From Mytilus californianus (taxonomy: Eukaryota): DNA of 64,000 bases. Position numbers and translations under genes: made by a program. Positions 11,871 through 23,954 of the stretch are shown here, piece by piece. The notes below the pieces were generated by a model that was not told the origin of the DNA, did no database searches, and was given only the letters and a program-made list of their open reading frames with translations. The DNA lies in contig NW_026262745.1 of assembly GCF_021869535.1 (NCBI RefSeq), positions 43,462,001 to 43,526,000 on the forward strand. Direction: 5' to 3'. How positions within the stretch are numbered: the stretch's first letter is position 1; the number at the start of each line of letters is the position of its first letter.

Positions 11871-13573
11871 TTAGTAAACCTGACTGGAGGAATTTCAGTA
11901 GAAAAAAATCTATTTAATTTGAATTTTCTGTGTTTGATATCTTCATACCATGACTCTAAGTTTTAAAAAGGTATCTGGGGGGGGGGGGGGACATGCCCCT
12001 CAGACCCTCTTAGAAAATTTCTCGCATTTGGCCCTCAACAGTGATACTACTAAAAAAAACTTTTAAATTAGATAAACACCTCTGCGTTATCTGTAGATGA
12101 GCATCACCACACAAGTTGGAGACTGTTCTTAGTGGGTGAACGGTAGAAGATGCCTTGAAATGAAATTTAGCTCAAGTTCAAGATAGGTGATACTCCTATA
12201 TAGCCAAATTTAATCACTGGAAAGCATTTTCGCAAATATTAGCATTGATTTCATTACATCAAAAATGGTTTTAACCCAAGTCTAATAGTAAAAATAAGTA
12301 CATTCAGCTACATACTAGTACCTCGGACAGTTTCGAAAAGTACCTGTTCGCTAAAGCTTGCCGACACATTTTTTTTTAAAATCAATGGACTTGTGTACTC
12401 CCGCAATACTTGTGACACAGTAAAACCTGTCTAAACCGAACCGATTATAGTTAGTTGAAGTGGAGACATATAAAACAAGAGATTGGAAACTCTGAATATT
12501 ATACAATAGAAAATTGAAGAGATTTCGGTCTGGAACATTTTATGACAAAATGAAGTTTTCATATTATCATGACAATATTTTGAAACTTACTAAATAACAA
12601 AGTATTGAGGGCATGTGTTGATTTTTGATACTTCTTTTACAACTTCTGTGATCGGTATATTTAGATATCTTGTTAAGTTTTTGAAAAATTAAGGAATATT
12701 TCTTAAAACTTAACTACTTTCTTTCTCTATATATGACTCTTATACATGTTATATTCTTATCAAAGCATGTGGCTGCGATATTTCTCGAGATTTCACAAAG
12801 TTGCTTATCTCTAGTATTATATGTCTCTGGTTCAAGTACTTTTTAATTTGGCAAATTGTAAGACCAATGACTTAATATTCAGGACACAATTAATGATTTT
12901 CAGTTCAAACACAAACATTTAAATATTTGTTCATTATCGGCCAAATTCTTTAAATGCACGTAAAAGTCACAGTTACATAAGTTTTCATTTAAAGCATTAT
13001 CGAAGAATTTCATTTAGCTGAACCATGTAGCCAACCTTTATATATAAAAAATAAAGATAAAACAAGGAATGGCAATAATTCGATATAAAACATCAAAAAT
13101 AGAGACATACAGCGACAACACAAAAAGGAAAATGTACAGAAGGTAGAGAGAAGTCCCGACTTGGTACAGGCACTCTGTCAAAACTTGGCAGAGTGGTGGG
13201 GTTGAACCATGTTTATGGGTACACTAACCTTTCCCCCCCAATCTACTCGACTTCCTATCAAGATTCGAAAGACGCGCAGCAAAAAGACTTGCACAATACA
13301 ATTGCCAACTCAGCGTCCATATAAGTTAGAAAATTTGTTTATAATAAATACTAAAATAGTAAGAGGATATACAGATCTGTACATTGTACATGTACTACCT
13401 CTACACAAAATAATACAGTTACATATAACCAATATACCACTGTAAAGCTTGAAGTTGTTGAAAAGTCATGGGGTTTTATAAGATTAAGTATATAAAGAAG
13501 TTATGCAGTTATTCATTTACGTTCAAGATATGAAGGAAATTTAGTAAATTACAAATAAGTTTTAATAACCAGT

Positions 13574-14918
13574 TTAGTTATTTCTTTCAATGACTTCCAA
13601 ACATTCAAGATAATAATCTATTCCAAAGTTAGTATTGCTTCTTATCAATTGTCGAGTTGAATCCAGCCTGCATTGATCACTTATCATGCGTGCAAGGGGT
13701 CCAAATATTAGTCTCTCGCCCTCTTCTACATCATTTTGATCCACATAGCCTTCAATTCCATAATCTTGCAAATTTGCTTCTCCTTCGGTAATTCCTACGG
13801 CATTTTGAAGTTGTCCTGAAGTCCACAAGCTCAATGGAGATGAATTAACAGTGCGTAGTCTATGACCAGCCCATGCCTCTGCCAAAAATTGAAGCTTCCT
13901 GTTTAGTTCGTCCATGAAAACAAAGTGGAGAGCAGCTAAGTTTGTCAGTTTTAGTGGGTCTAGATAACCTTCATCTTCCATGAAATAAAATAAGTTGTAA
14001 AAGTAACTAAGCACACCTTCATACACATCTCTCCATAGTCTCTCAATCCGTTGATTATGAGTGCTTTTTCCCGTTACCATACTGTTGGGCCTTTTTGAAT
14101 CAACATGTAGTTTGCCACAGAAACATTTTCCAATCCTTTGTCAGACCTAACTTTATTGGGTATCCCATACTTTGCATCACCGGAGAAGAAACGATCCAAA
14201 ACTGTTCTTGATGTGTTGTTGTCGGTACATTTTAAAAATGTTATCAATCGACTAAACCCGTCAATGCCACCTACAATAACAAATCTCCACCGGACAAGTT
14301 TATGATTTGTATCTATGTGCCAGAGGTGATTTGGACCAATTAGATTGTAAACACGCCTATTAAGCCTACCAGTACGTCTCGCCTGTACACCGGCGGTATC
14401 TAATCGATGCATACACTCCCTAGTCTCCATCTCTGTACTCTTATGCCTTTTAATAGAAGCATCTGTTGCAATAGTGTTTCGCCACACAATGGAAACTCTT
14501 TCATTATTTGTCCAAGTGTCAAGTCTAAATCACTGTCATCAATTTGTGTAAAATTCATTTTGCTTAATCCAAACTGTGACATTCTTCGGTAAATGGTGCT
14601 TTCAGACACGGACAACAATTTAGAAATGTCGGATATTTTAAATCCATTTTCAAGAACAGACTTTGGAATATCAAATTTCGGAGGGCCGCATTCAGAGTTT
14701 ATTTTATTAGGGGCAGACGTTCCATATTTTACACATTCAGTTCTTAACTTCATCATATCTGCCCTACTAGATACACCTAATATTTCAATTTCATGTGTCG
14801 AAAGCCTACATACAACGTCTGGAGTGATTTTCTCTCTCTCAAAGTTTAGAAATGCTTGCTGCAAGTTTAATTTCTGTAAAACGTTTAACATTTTAGTATT
14901 CACAGCCATGGCCGCCAT
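13574..14918 (-). pseudogene. IS3EU/IS481-like integrase-core (DDE) transposase, two frameshifts
   Basis: Three overlapping ORFs (14918-14400, 14487-14074, 14080-13574) join into one protein: HTH (FKISDISKLLSVSESTIYRRM), GPNHLWHIDTNHKL..GGIDGFSR, VRSDKGLEN, GKSTHNQRIERLWRDV. Single-base losses at about 14420 and 14085. Confidence 0.9.
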
Positions 14919-14958
14919 GTTGGTTCGGTGACATTCAAATACACGCCACGCTTCCGGT
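14912..14958 (-). promoter_or_regulatory. Candidate transposase promoter motifs (YY1-like AACATGGCGG over the ATG; ETS-like ACCGGAAG in the inner TIR)
   Basis: Motif match only: plus-strand ccgccatgtt at 14912-14921 and cttccggt at 14951-14958. Confidence 0.3.
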
Positions 14959-15378
14959 TAATCACGGAAACCACCATCACATAATAAAAAAGCACCTTAT
15001 TATAATAAAAAAGCACCATCGTATAATAGAAAAGCACCATCGTATAATAGAAAAGCACCATCGTATAATAGAAAACCACCTTCGTATAATAGAAAACCAC
15101 CATCGTATAAAAGAAAAGCACCTTCGTATAATAGAAAACCACCTTCGTATAATAGAAAACCACCATCGTATAATAGAAAAGCACCTTCGTATAATAGAAA
15201 ACTACCTTCGTATAATAGAAAAGCACCTTCGTATAATAGAAAACCACAATCGTATAATAGAAAAGCACCTTCGTATAATAGAAAAGCACATTCGTATAAT
15301 AGAAAACCACCATCGTATAATAGAAAAGCACCTTCGTATAATAGAAAAGCAATAAAAAAGACACATAAGACAGCTATG
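14930..15378 (-). repeat. Inner copy of the right TIR with 21-bp array (about 17 units), lacking the terminal 10 bp
   Basis: Ends ...cagctatg and then restarts at acattcaaatacacgcc (15379). Confidence 0.95.
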
Positions 15379-15857
15379 ACATTCAAATACACGCCACGCT
15401 TCCGGTTAATCACGGAAACCACCATCACATAATAAAAAAGCACCTTATTATAATAAAAAAGCACCATCGTATAATAGAAAAGCACCATCGTATAATAGAA
15501 AAGCACCATCGTATAATAGAAAAGCATCTTCGTATAATAGAAAACCACCTTCGTATAATAGAAAACCACCATCGTATAAAAGAAAAGCACCTTCGTATAA
15601 TAGAAAACCACCTTCGTATAATAGAAAACCACCATCGTATAATAGAAAAGCACCTTCGTATAATAGAAAACTACCTTCGTATAATAGAAAAGCACCTTCG
15701 TATAATAGAAAACCACCATCGTATAATAGAAAAGCACCTTCGTATAATAGAAAAGCACCTTCGTATAATAGAAAACCACCATCGTATAATAGAAAAGCAC
15801 CTTCGTATAATAGAAAAGCAATAAAAAAGACACATAAGACAGCTATGGCGTTCCATA
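15379..15857 (-). repeat. Outer right TIR with 21-bp array (about 18 units)
   Basis: Ends cagctatggcgttccata, followed by the TSD ataatc. Confidence 0.95.
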
Positions 15858-15932
15858 ATAATCATTCTGCATGACTTTATATGTATAACTCTTCTATGCA
15901 ATTCTTTGGATAAATTTAAAGATATGAGTGGA

Positions 15933-17140
15933 TTAAAGTCTTGTGTCTTCTATTATATCAGAATCGAGACCATTATAGTATCCATTGAGTTCATTAGATG
16001 TTACGCCTTTGAAGTCTGGTATCAAATTTGTAACACTTGTTGTCACATATACTTTCGTTTCTGACTTTTCATGTTCGATTTGCATATCTTTTTCTCTCTT
16101 TTCAAATTTCCCTCTATGCATTTTCACTATAATTGTCATTAAAATTGTAAAGAAAAGAACAATTGCCCCATAAAATGTCATTTGATGAAAAAACATGTCA
16201 TAACCATGATGCTGATAGAGATATCCAATTACCCAAAGGTATGACATGGCACCCAAAGCCATACCCATAACAATAAACGTTATGGCTACTCCAGTGACCT
16301 CAAGGTGAGCATTAGCCCAACCTAAGCCAGAAGGAAATATTGGCCCAACACATAATCCCATCATTATAGTTAAAATCCATAATGCCAAGTCGTTTTCATG
16401 CGCAAAAATTTCTAACAGAATTCCTGTAACTAAAGTTCCACACACTTCAACCGGAAGTAAGATACGAATTGGTATGAACCGTCCGGTAAATATACCAATA
16501 AATCGACCGACCGCAAAACTTATCCAGTATACGGTATTTATGAGGGATGCGTCATCGCCTGAAAATTTATGTTTGTCTATGGAATAACTTCTTATAAACT
16601 TTCCATACAAAGCGTCACCACCGCCTATATTAAAGAAACACAAAAATAACACAATGAAAATTTGAATACCAAACCATCTATCACCATCTGTACATGTTGC
16701 GGGATCGACTAATCTTACAACTTTCCGAAAGTTACTCTCCTTGGCGTCAACTTGTTTTTCTGGAGTTAAAATTATATGCCGAGAACAGAACTGATAAAAA
16801 TAATACACAATCGATACGGAAGCTATGACGATTGCAACAATCAAATATGCTGTCTCTATCTTGGATTCTTTTAGATATTCCATTGTAGTATTTTTATTAG
16901 TACTATTTGTACGCGGAAAGGGTGATGTGTTTTGTATCGATGTTACCAAAATATTTTGTACGAGAGATATATTTGGCATTACAGTTGAAGTGACATTTTC
17001 AAGTGACGGCGCCAACACTGCCAGGAATGGATTTGCTATTTGCGGAGCGAGGACTGATCCCATTCCAAACCCGAAGTGCAGAAGGTGTAAAGGTCCAGTT
17101 GCTTTTTTGTCCCATAGCTGTATGAGAACTCTCTGTCCGA
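15933..17140 (-). CDS. MFS transporter (MFSD4 / sodium-dependent glucose transporter 1-like), exon 3 of 3
   Basis: Acceptor tttttgcAG at 17142-17141, phase 1. Motifs GQRVLIQLW..LHLLHFGFGMGSVLAPQIANPFL, FFNIGGGDALYGKF and YWISFAVGRFIG, with multiple TM helices. The joined CDS is 108+292+1208 = 1608 nt (535 aa) with no stop. Confidence 0.9.
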
Positions 17141-17629
17141 CTGCAAAAATATGACAAACATAAGATATGTGTTTCATTGATGTAGCGGAATATCATAGTC
17201 ATCTTATAACAAGAATTTCCTTTGATAACAGTCTTAGTATTTGTTTTTGTTTTTTTTTTGTAATACAACATATAATACATTAGTCAGTAAGGAACGATTT
17301 GATTTATAATTTTAGTACATTTGTGTTTTATTCCTGATCTCAATTCATTGAAGAAAAATTATGTCATATTAAATACACCACAGTTTAAAGTTTTAGGTAT
17401 GCGCTCGAGACAACCTTTATAATATTGTGGCAGAGGTAAATAAATCCTTATATAATCTTGTTGGCTATATCGGTCATTTTTCAAGTTTTTGTCCCACTAC
17501 CATGTACTCCACATCTACTTTATTTTATAAGATCGATTGAAGTTCACGTCCCCCAATCAATTATTGGAAAAATAATCAGTATGACAACCAGAAATGAGAT
17601 ATAAATACGAATCCTATTCGATTACTTAA

Positions 17630-18319
17630 AGGGGCATTAGCTACGAGATATAAAAACAATTGAAGTATGATTTGTTTTGTTCAATCATTAATGAAAGTGA
17701 AATAGTGAAATAATAATTCGCTTTTAGCAGCCAGTTTGGTTCAATTTTGTAAAAATAAGCTAAGAAACATCGCTGATGAATTATTCACTTGCAAGTGAAT
17801 AATTAGATCTAATTGAATCCGTATTCATGTGACCTTCAATTTAAACACTTAGCTAGAGATGGGTTACGCATAAACTAGGCGTGTTCAGCTATTAAAAGGA
17901 AAAGAATGTCAATATTTAAAGTGAAACAAGGATAAACCATTTGGTTAATTGATACGATCCGCAAAAACAAATTCTTATACAGGTAAAAACGATGATTAAC
18001 ATAGTTTTTTAACCTATAATATGAATTCAAACAGACCTAGAAAATCCAATAGCACGTGTTCGCTATCTATTTATAACTATATTTATGTTTATATCGGGTT
18101 ATATGATCATCGGCAATCTTCGGATGTCACCCGGATGGTTAATTATATGGCGTGTAGACTAAAATGAACACGAAATGCTGATCATATTTTCGAGTTCATG
18201 CATCGTAAATTGTTTATTTAAGACTTTTTATAATTTGAATATACGTTATAGTATGTTATAAATCAAATATGAGAATTTGAGTCAAATCGGTGAACATGAA
18301 TTTGACAGTTAATGTCCCT
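17630..18319. mobile_element. Kolobok-type MITE in MFS intron 2
   Basis: TTAA on both sides (17626-17629, 18320-18323). TIRs AGGGGCATTAGCT / AGGGACATTAACT. A related degenerate segment lies at about 4900-5160. Confidence 0.7.
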
Positions 18320-18900
18320 TTAACATGCATGCTGACAAAGTACATTATAAGTTTAACAGTGCACAAAATCACAGTAATTCGAGTGGATCAATTTTGCTCA
18401 AATACTAAATTTTCAATTATATCTTAACCGCGATATTTATTATATTTTATTTTATTTGTTGTTTCTTATAGTGTCTTTTGTAATCTGGGACATAAAAAGT
18501 AAAATAACAAAAATACCAAACTCCAAGGAAAATTCAAAACGGAAAGTTCCTTAACAAATGGCAAAATCAAAGTTCAAACACATCAAATGAATGAAAAACA
18601 ACTGTCATATTACTGACAGGGTACAGGCATTTCTTTATGTAGAAAATGGTGGATTAAACCTGGTTTAATAGCTAGCTAAACCTCTCATTTGTATGACAGT
18701 CGCATAAAATTCCATTACATTGACAACAATGTGTGAGCAAAACAAACAGTAATTATAGGTAAAAAAGTCAAAAATTGGGGTACAGCAGTCAACAATGTGT
18801 TATAAACTTAATCACTATAAAAACAAACAACTATGTCAAACTATGTTATATTATGACCCGGTTGCAATACAACAAAACATGACATATACTTTAATCTTAC

Positions 18901-19192
18901 CTATGTTTACAACGCCTTCAAACGAAGCTGCAACAGCGAGTAAAACCCATAAGATGTTAATGTTTGTAGCGTATGGTACAGCAAATATGGCGACTGCCGC
19001 ACAATCTAGGCAAATGGCTATCGTTACATCACACCATTTTTCATATTTGTCTATGAGAGGCCCACCAATGATTGCCCCAATAAAATACCCAACACTTTGG
19101 CCAGATATAGCTCTGGATACCAGCTCGTAGTCTGAATTTGTTTTTATAATTAAATCTTTTTGAGTTGGTCCCGTGATTTCATTGAACAAACC
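18901..19192 (-). CDS. MFS transporter exon 2 of 3
   Basis: attttcAG acceptor and G|GTAAG donor. Encodes GLFNEITGPTQKDL...GYFIGAIIGGPLIDK...FEGVVNI, in frame with exons 1 and 3. Confidence 0.9.
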
Positions 19193-20382
19193 CTGAAAAT
19201 AAATGAAAATTATTGTTTGATACCCTTAAAAACTTTGTTAAGGGTCAACCTGACATATGGTGTAATATATTATTGGATCGAGCACGTTACCAGAAGAACA
19301 CTTGGGCAGTTAGTATATTGCAATGATTTTATTAATGAAATAAAGTCTTTCAGTAACTGCGAGTACTCTTAGATCCGTACTTTGTATTTTTGCCTTTCAG
19401 TAAATTATGTTTGTACCGATCACGCCCTTTCCAACGATTTTAACAGTTTGTTCTTATCTTGTGTTGTCACATCACTGTCACATTTAAAGGTATGATTCAG
19501 CGACCACAAACATGTTAAACCCCGCCACATTCTGTATGTATCTGTCACAAACCAGAAACCTGTAATGCAGTGGCTGTCAATGGTTGTTGCCTGCCATATT
19601 TGTTTTTTGTTCTTTGCTGGAGTATAAATCAGGTCGTTTTTTCTCTTTCGAATCGTTTCATATTTTGTTATCCTGTCGCCATTCACAATTATACATGTAG
19701 CTTGCTTATAATACGATATTGTGTTTGTTCATTGTTGAAGGTCGTACAAAAATATACGATGACCTGTAATTCTTCACATCATTATCCAATCATACCTTAT
19801 ATCCGTATTTATATATATCTATAATAATTCCTCGTCTTTTTCGACAATTAACAATGAAATTATAGTTAAATATAAAAAAAAAATAAAATACCGTCGGCAA
19901 ATCAACATAAAACCCGGAATGTTTTTCTTCGTTCAAGAATCGTTTGTAGCTGCATGCAAGACTTTTTTGTGGCATTTTTTTTTCACATTACTCCTCCCAT
20001 GATCCCAAAAGTTTTTTTTGTGATTTTTGTTTGTTTCTTAAATATTACTGGAATATTGTTCGCACAAATTGCAGCAATAAATTCTTCGGCACCAATAAAT
20101 GCAATTAGAAAGCACAATGGTTCTAACATTTGATTATATAAATCTATATCTTAAGATGGTCTGAAAATTACTTGATCTCTACACATAATACTTCTTATGC
20201 ATACGTTCTAAACTTAAAACTTGATATCAAAAGTGGTTTTTAATTTTAATCAAACTTCTTACAAATAGTCTTATTTACATTTTGACTGATTTTTCCCCAC
20301 AAAATCAGCATGTATTTGTATCAATTAAAATATTGACTTTTCAAAAACTTAGCTAGAGCGGCAGATGATTTACAACTTATAA

Positions 20383-20660
20383 CTACAGAACTACTTACTA
20401 TAGTTTGCCATGTAAAGACTAAGACAGCTTACAGAACTACTTACAATAGTTAGCCATGTAAAGACTTATAATAGACAGCTTACAGAACTACTTACTAAAG
20501 TTAGCCATGTAAAGACTTAGAAAGCTTACAGAACTACTTACTATAGTTAGCCATTGAAAGACTTAGACAGCTTACAGAACTACTTACTATAGTAAGCCAT
20601 GTAAAGACTGAGACAGCAGAACTACTTACTATAGTTAGCCATGTGAAGACTAAGACAGCA
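20383..20660 (-). repeat. 42-51-bp minisatellite (6 units) spanning the MFS exon 1 / intron 1 junction
   Basis: Unit gtctttacatggctaactata|GTAAGTagttctgtaagctgtct(t)a. The GT of each GTAAGT starts at 20629, 20587, 20541, 20495, 20444 and 20398. Confidence 0.9.
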
Positions 20661-20737
20661 GTTTTTGTAACCTTCTGAGTTGTAGTATATGTTTCCAACT
20701 TCGTTTGTTTCTTGTCATCGTTCTTTTTAGATTCCAT
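20630..20737 (-). CDS. MFS transporter exon 1 of 3 (first coding exon)
   Basis: ATG at 20737; MESKKNDDKKQTKLETYTTTQKVTKTAVLVFTWLTI, then a phase-0 GTAAGT donor that matches the exon 2 phase. Confidence 0.85.
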
Positions 20738-23700
20738 TACTCGTAAAGGTTTACTTCAAATTTGCATATCCATTTATGTCGTATACTATTGTATTGTGCG
20801 CCGTAAAATAGATTCTGTTGTTGTATCGAATATCAATATTTGAAATTCGGATCTATAAACAGCATAAACAAAAAATACTGTATTAATTCGTTACAATTAC
20901 AAAAAGTAAAAAAAAAACAACTACTAATTAAATGATCTTCTCGATGGTTTTCAGACATAAAACCTTTTAACCCTTTTTTTTAAACACGATTACAGTTTGT
21001 TTTAAAAAACAAAAAAACCGACAAGGTTCCTGACTTGGAACAAACGCATATAAATATAAAGCGGAGTTTTTTGTGTCCCTCAATCATTCATATTAATTTG
21101 CCCTGCTTACAGGCGTTTTTTAAGCAAAGAAAATGTAACCATATCCAAACACGGGAGTACACTATCTCCTGTACGTGACTGCATTAATTTTTTGTATACA
21201 TCCCGAACAGCCAATTGAACCCCAAGTGTTGGCCCTACATCCGTAAGAGAAACAATATTTCGATACCAAAGTCACTTTTTGAGTTTTAATCTATTTGGGT
21301 TAACACACATACATTTGACTTTTGGAGCGACCCCATTATTACCCTTAGACAAAAAAGAACGTTCATGTGAACATTAATATGATAAAGCCAACATCAAAAA
21401 CCGAAAGGATATTTAGATTTTGATTTGATGGTATTGATGGATTGCATTTATGTCGAAATCCAGATAGTATACAGAACAAATTTTGTTGATAAAAAACACC
21501 GATTATTATCTAAACACGTGGTTCCGGTTTGTATTTCTATTGATAATTATTTTTTAGTCCAGTGTAAAATTTTTATTTGCATTTTTTCTTTGTAAGTATA
21601 ATTTTTTTCTTACCTCAACCCAGTCAGTAACTGTATTACTTTGATAACAAATACCTGGCGTACCTTTGTAGCTAGGGAGATACGCTTATCAATGTTTACA
21701 TAATCTTTAAACGTCTTTTTTTGGATTCTGATTATCTTACTTTTGTATATCTTCTTAACATGTTATTTATCATTCCTATGAAAGTCTTAAACGTGAGGAA
21801 TAGTATGTGTGGATTACAATTTCAATAGATAAAACAAAATCCAGAGATGTGAAAAAAAGGAATGCATACCAAACTATATGCTTAGTTCTTTGATACTTCC
21901 TGGAAAAATATTTTAACAATTAATTTTCGATTGTAATGGTATATACGTGCACGCTGCTTAATTCAGTGTCAGTAGATCTTTTAGTGGTATTTATGTTTGG
22001 AATTTTCGTTGTAAATCCCATTTTTTTATCAATAAAAAATCACGGCAATAATATTTCTGGTATTATCCCAGCATATACTTTTGAAACTTTTAGGCTTTGT
22101 GAAAGACAACACGTGAAAACTCTCATTTTTTAAATTTTCTATTGCCTAAAAAAACTTTATAATGATTATGAAATGTGGTTTGATTGTCAAAGAGACAACT
22201 ATCTACCAAATGACGTGGGTGTCGTTGTAAGCCACAGTAGGTGACCGTCCGACCTTTAACAATGTGGAAAACCTATGCCGTATAGTCAACTTTAAAATCC
22301 TCGACAAAAATTAATGTCGAACAATTTAGACCTGAAAACAACCGGCCATTTTTTTTCTGTAACAATAAAATATATACAAAGCTTAAAAGAAAGCAACCAA
22401 CAACACCCACTGAATATCAGATTCCGATTTGACACAGGCACATAAAGAAAGTAACCACCAACAACCACTGAATATCAGATTCCGATTTGACACAGGCACA
22501 TAAAGAAAGTGGCAGAGTTAAACATGTTTGTGGGCGCTCAACCGTCCACAAACCGTCATATTCATATATTCATGTATATATTGTGTTCATTGAAATCTAA
22601 AACGTACCTAGAGGCACGGGCAAAGCGAACGAGTTGGGAAATATACACACCGTAGTCGGAAATGAATAATGTCAGAAATATCAAGTTTGACGTGAGAAAT
22701 GGTCCAATTTCAAACTGGAACTAAAAGATATTAATTTGAAACCGCAACATGTCAAGTTTGAACTTTGAAATATCAGGTTGGAATTAAGATATGTAAAAAT
22801 AGCTTTGAGAAATAGAAAAAGTGTCCCTATCAGTCTTTCGTGCAATCTGTTTTTTTGTTTGTTTTATATACTTATATTTGTTTCAAACACTGCCTATGTT
22901 GTCAATTTTGAAGACCATTTGCCCATATTTCTGTTGTCTGTTGGATATTTTCTGTTTTAAAAATTGTCATTACAGGTTAAAATGTAAATTGTCAAAGTTT
23001 TCTGCATACTCCTTAATTATTAATTTCCACTTTTCCAGTTATTTTCCTATCTTTTCGGGCCTTCTTCAGAGTAGAGCGGTCATTCCTTCTGTGAACCACA
23101 GATGCAATTTTAAAGTAAACGGCAGATCAGTTACATGTAGATATAAGTCATTATTACTATCAACATTTCTTTTGAGGCTGTCAGCTATTTATCTGTTGTA
23201 CTTTAAATTTGAACTGTCTTTAAACGGTTACAGGTTTGTGAATGCTTTTATGATCTTACGAATCACGTTTTTGTGGTATGTTTAAACGTCGTTGCATATG
23301 TATTTTAAATATCAGTCGATTTAAAAAAAAATTTTTAACAGATCGCTGCATTGTTTTCAAGCTCTTTTTGCTCTTTGACAATAAGCAGCACACAGTGTAG
23401 AAACCTTAACACAATAATTTAGATATTGAACCTCTATATCAAGTGTAATACGATATTCCTTTATCTCAGAAATTAAAATTTAAAATCAAATGTCGAGATA
23501 GAGAACATATAGCATTACAGGTTAATTAAACAGTAAAAGAGATTGCTTTTATGATGTTTGTGATATGTAGGCACACATTGAAGCATTTTTTTTTATTTTC
23601 CAATGATCTTAATAAGAAGACACCAATCATTGGTGCCGATTTGCATTGGCGTCAAAATAATAAAACGTCCTAGCACAAAACGTTCTATTCAAAACTTTGA

Positions 23701-23954
23701 AGATTGCTTTATCTCGGCGGTGGAGGTTTTATTTAAGAACTATACTTTTTTACAAATCAAAATCTGTTATCCAAACGAACGCATTATTAACGAGAAAACA
23801 TGTGTAGGCTTGTCCTTGTATGAACGGACAAATGTGTATAATTGTAGTTTATTTTTTCAAGGCTTCGAAGTAATGTTATAATATTTACATTCAAACGATA
23901 CTTACAAATGTATGAATTGATATTTTAACTAATTCAATGTTGTGCAAGAAGTCA

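Larger units (their letters stand above)
9443..15857 (-). mobile_element. IS3EU-type DDE DNA transposon, complete ends, 6415 bp
   Basis: Both termini read TATGGAACGCCATAGCTGTC inward. Identical 6-bp flanks ATAATC (9437-9442 and 15858-15863). Internal integrase-core transposase. TAY..RTA ends with a 6-bp TSD are the described IS3EU signature. Confidence 0.85.

Noticed and set aside
14407-14931. Plus-strand ORFs of 61 and 112 aa
   Set aside because: Antisense shadows of the transposase pseudogene.
9482-15835. Possible CRISPR-like array
   Set aside because: Repeats are contiguous with no unique spacers, there are no cas genes, and the context is eukaryotic; explained as transposon TIR arrays.
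14900-15901. ORFs of 154, 277 and 76 aa on the minus strand
   Set aside because: The same 21-bp array read in different frames across the duplicated right TIR.
16825-17280. Alternative ORFs overlapping MFS exon 3 (109 aa plus, 93 aa minus) and the M-start 414-aa version
   Set aside because: Antisense or off-frame shadows; the first 13 residues of the 414-aa ORF are intronic (acceptor at 17141).
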